DNA of 64,000 nucleotides from Cirrosporium novae-zelandiae (Eukaryota): NCBI GenBank assembly GCA_026023565.1, contig JAPETS010000008.1, positions 744,001 to 808,000 of the forward strand, read 5' to 3'. Shown piece by piece: positions 62,072 to 64,000 of this stretch (position 1 is its first letter; each line of letters starts with the position of its first letter). The notes under the pieces were generated by a model. It saw only the letters and a program-made list of their open reading frames with translations, ran no database searches and was not told where the DNA came from. The position numbers and the translations under genes were made by a program.

Positions 62072-63411
62072 TCATCCTCTCATCCTCGTAGGGTCTCTTC
62101 TCTTATACGGGAGTTTCTCCCCTCTCTTCCTCTTGAATTCCATGTCCGCTCCCTCGATCCCCGCCCTCTTCATCACGTCAGCCATTTCCTCGTCCCATTG
62201 CGTGCGGAATAGATGAGCACCAATGGGATTGAGCTTTTGTTTGTCAAGGAACCTTCTCAGGATGAAATTATCACGCTTGATGTGTTTTAGGGTTTTGATG
62301 GTCCGCTCCTTGATGGGGGCGTTGTTGTGCTGTTCCAGGATAAATGTCGTGAGACGGTGATATGGGCTTCCCTTCTGGGCATGTGGGGGGAGCCAGGGGA
62401 GTATGACCTGGGAGTCTGGGTTGAGTTTTGGGAGGGGAGCGTATGTTTTGGTTGCGGAGATGGGAATGTTGACGGCCATGTAGTGGCAGCGGTAGTCGAA
62501 TCCGTCCTTTTCGACATTGGGCACGTCCGAATCGAGAACAACCACGCTGACTAGCTTTTCGCCTCCTACAAATGGTTGGATCTGTAAGCGTGGAGGTGCC
62601 TTTTCGCTGACGAGAGAGTCCACAAATTCGCCTGGGGGGATGGCTCGGTGTGTAAAAGTAAGTTTTACTTCGACGGTGGGGTCGATAGAGGGAAGAATGT
62701 CTGGGACAATGAACATGGTCTCGATACGCTGCATGAGAATTGGACGGTCCCGTTCACGCCATTTGCGATCTGCGAGGAAGCGGTAAATTGGGCGGGCCAT
62801 GTCACCTAGGCTAATGATTAGATACATTCAAGATTTAAATAAAAGTTCGGATAGAGTTATATCTACATACCTTCTCCATCTTCAAACCGCTTCTTGATCA
62901 TAGGATCATTGATATCTGCCAATATTTTCAGATGCTCTAGAGTACGCCGCAAGCTAAACAGTCGATTTTCCTTCTGCTGTAGTCCCCCGGAAATAGCTAG
63001 ATCCTGTTCTTTCAACCTTGTTATCCGCTCCCTCAGCTTTTGAATTTTCTGCAGCTTTTCTTCTCGATCCTCCTGCAGGACCTTTCGGGCTTCCTGGAAG
63101 CATTGGTACGGCAGCTGCTCGAAGCTGATATTGGAGGATGTTCGGAGGGCAGCTCTTCGCCGTCGGGACCCAACTGGCATCTTACCAGTCAATCTGATTA
63201 CTCGGCGTTCATCTCGAGGCTCTGAGACCGTAGTTGGGTCCATGTTATGCTTGGATGAGACAGCAGGTTTTTGGACCTGAGCTTCTTCATGGTGGCTAGG
63301 TGTAGATTGGAATTGCCGTATAGCACATATACCAATGGATTGGCCTCTGCTTGCCGTAAGCTGCTGCAGGCATTTTATCGTGGGTCTGGCAATGCCTATA
63401 GCTTGCGACAT
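62072..63411 (-). CDS. MRPL35: Mitochondrial large-subunit ribosomal protein mL38 (YmL35, PEBP-like), 2 exons (63411-62871, 62805-62072)
   Basis: EQLPYQCFQEARK, ILADINDP..KKRFEDG.GDM..PIYR.LA, DSDVP and LPPHAQKGSPYHR motifs. N-terminal transit-like peptide. Confidence 0.92.
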
Positions 63412-63599
63412 TGTTGGAGTGGAGAGCCGGTTTTGAAATTTCTTAGATCTTCCTGGGATGCGAACGAACTTCCAACGATTCGCTAGCGTGGGATGTTTTT
63501 CGCTTTTCCCCAGCACCTCCGCTCTAGTCTCCAACCGTCATCGAGACTATCGAGAGATAACCAACTCCACTCTGTAAATTCTATGAGTCGGGTATCAAA

Positions 63600-64000
63600 A
63601 TGCCTCCCAAGAGTGCATTGCAACCATTTCGGGTTCTTGTTCAGCAATCGAATTTAAGCCGAACTTTCTTCCAGGACCCGGTTGCAGTATGTCTCTCCTC
63701 TCCCCATATCGACATGTTGGATTAACAATCGGCAGCAATGTCTCGTACCACGATTGGCACGTTCAATGGCCACGGAAATTCAACTACCAACTGAAACTGC
63801 CAATAAACCCCCCTCCATCTCGAACCTCTCTCTTCCTGACCAACCTGCAAGACGACAGTGGGTTGAGCCCAAAGTTCTAACAACTGTCTACAGCTTCCCC
63901 TCCATGGAGCCCTTGCGCTTCGAGCAATACGACGCAAACCTCCTCCACTTACCTCTAAGGAGGGACATCCTTCACCGTGCTGTGATCTACGAAGGCGACA
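63600..64000 (+). CDS. YML6: Mitochondrial large-subunit ribosomal protein uL4m (YmL6), 5' part; exons 63600-63686 and 63736->64000
   Basis: Intron 63687-63735 (GTATGT..CAG) gives RSMATE...TTVYSFPSMEP...LHLPLRRDILHRAVIYEGD, the fungal uL4m N-terminal signature. Missed by the ORF track. Confidence 0.85.

Overview
Eukaryotic DNA from a filamentous ascomycete (Pezizomycotina): GT-AG introns of about 45-130 bp with CTRAY-type branch points, microsatellite-rich intergenic DNA and fungal core genes. Gene models were spliced by eye. Core or conserved genes: SDR epimerase, UPF0643-like protein, ASH1-like SET methyltransferase, alpha-arrestin, SAF1-like F-box/RCC1 protein, a divergent agmatinase-family/MFS pair, and a head-to-head pair of mitochondrial ribosomal protein genes (mL38 and uL4m). 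An accessory-looking block at about 13.3-24.4 kb holds: a broken head-to-head pair (an ankyrin protein of the type that normally precedes a fungal S8 protease, plus a frameshifted gene with a beta-pore-former-like hairpin), a 73-bp hAT-type MITE with an 8-bp TSD, a PD-(D/E)XK nuclease-like gene, a membrane protein, a 150-bp solo LTR with a 5-bp TSD and a Zn-finger/APH-kinase gene. Also notable are a chromo-shadow-only protein, a frameshifted PPPDE peptidase and an 11-exon protein with about 16 ankyrin repeats and a CorA-like domain lacking the GMN motif. No rRNA, tRNA or CRISPR was recognised. Family calls come from motif recognition, not database searches.
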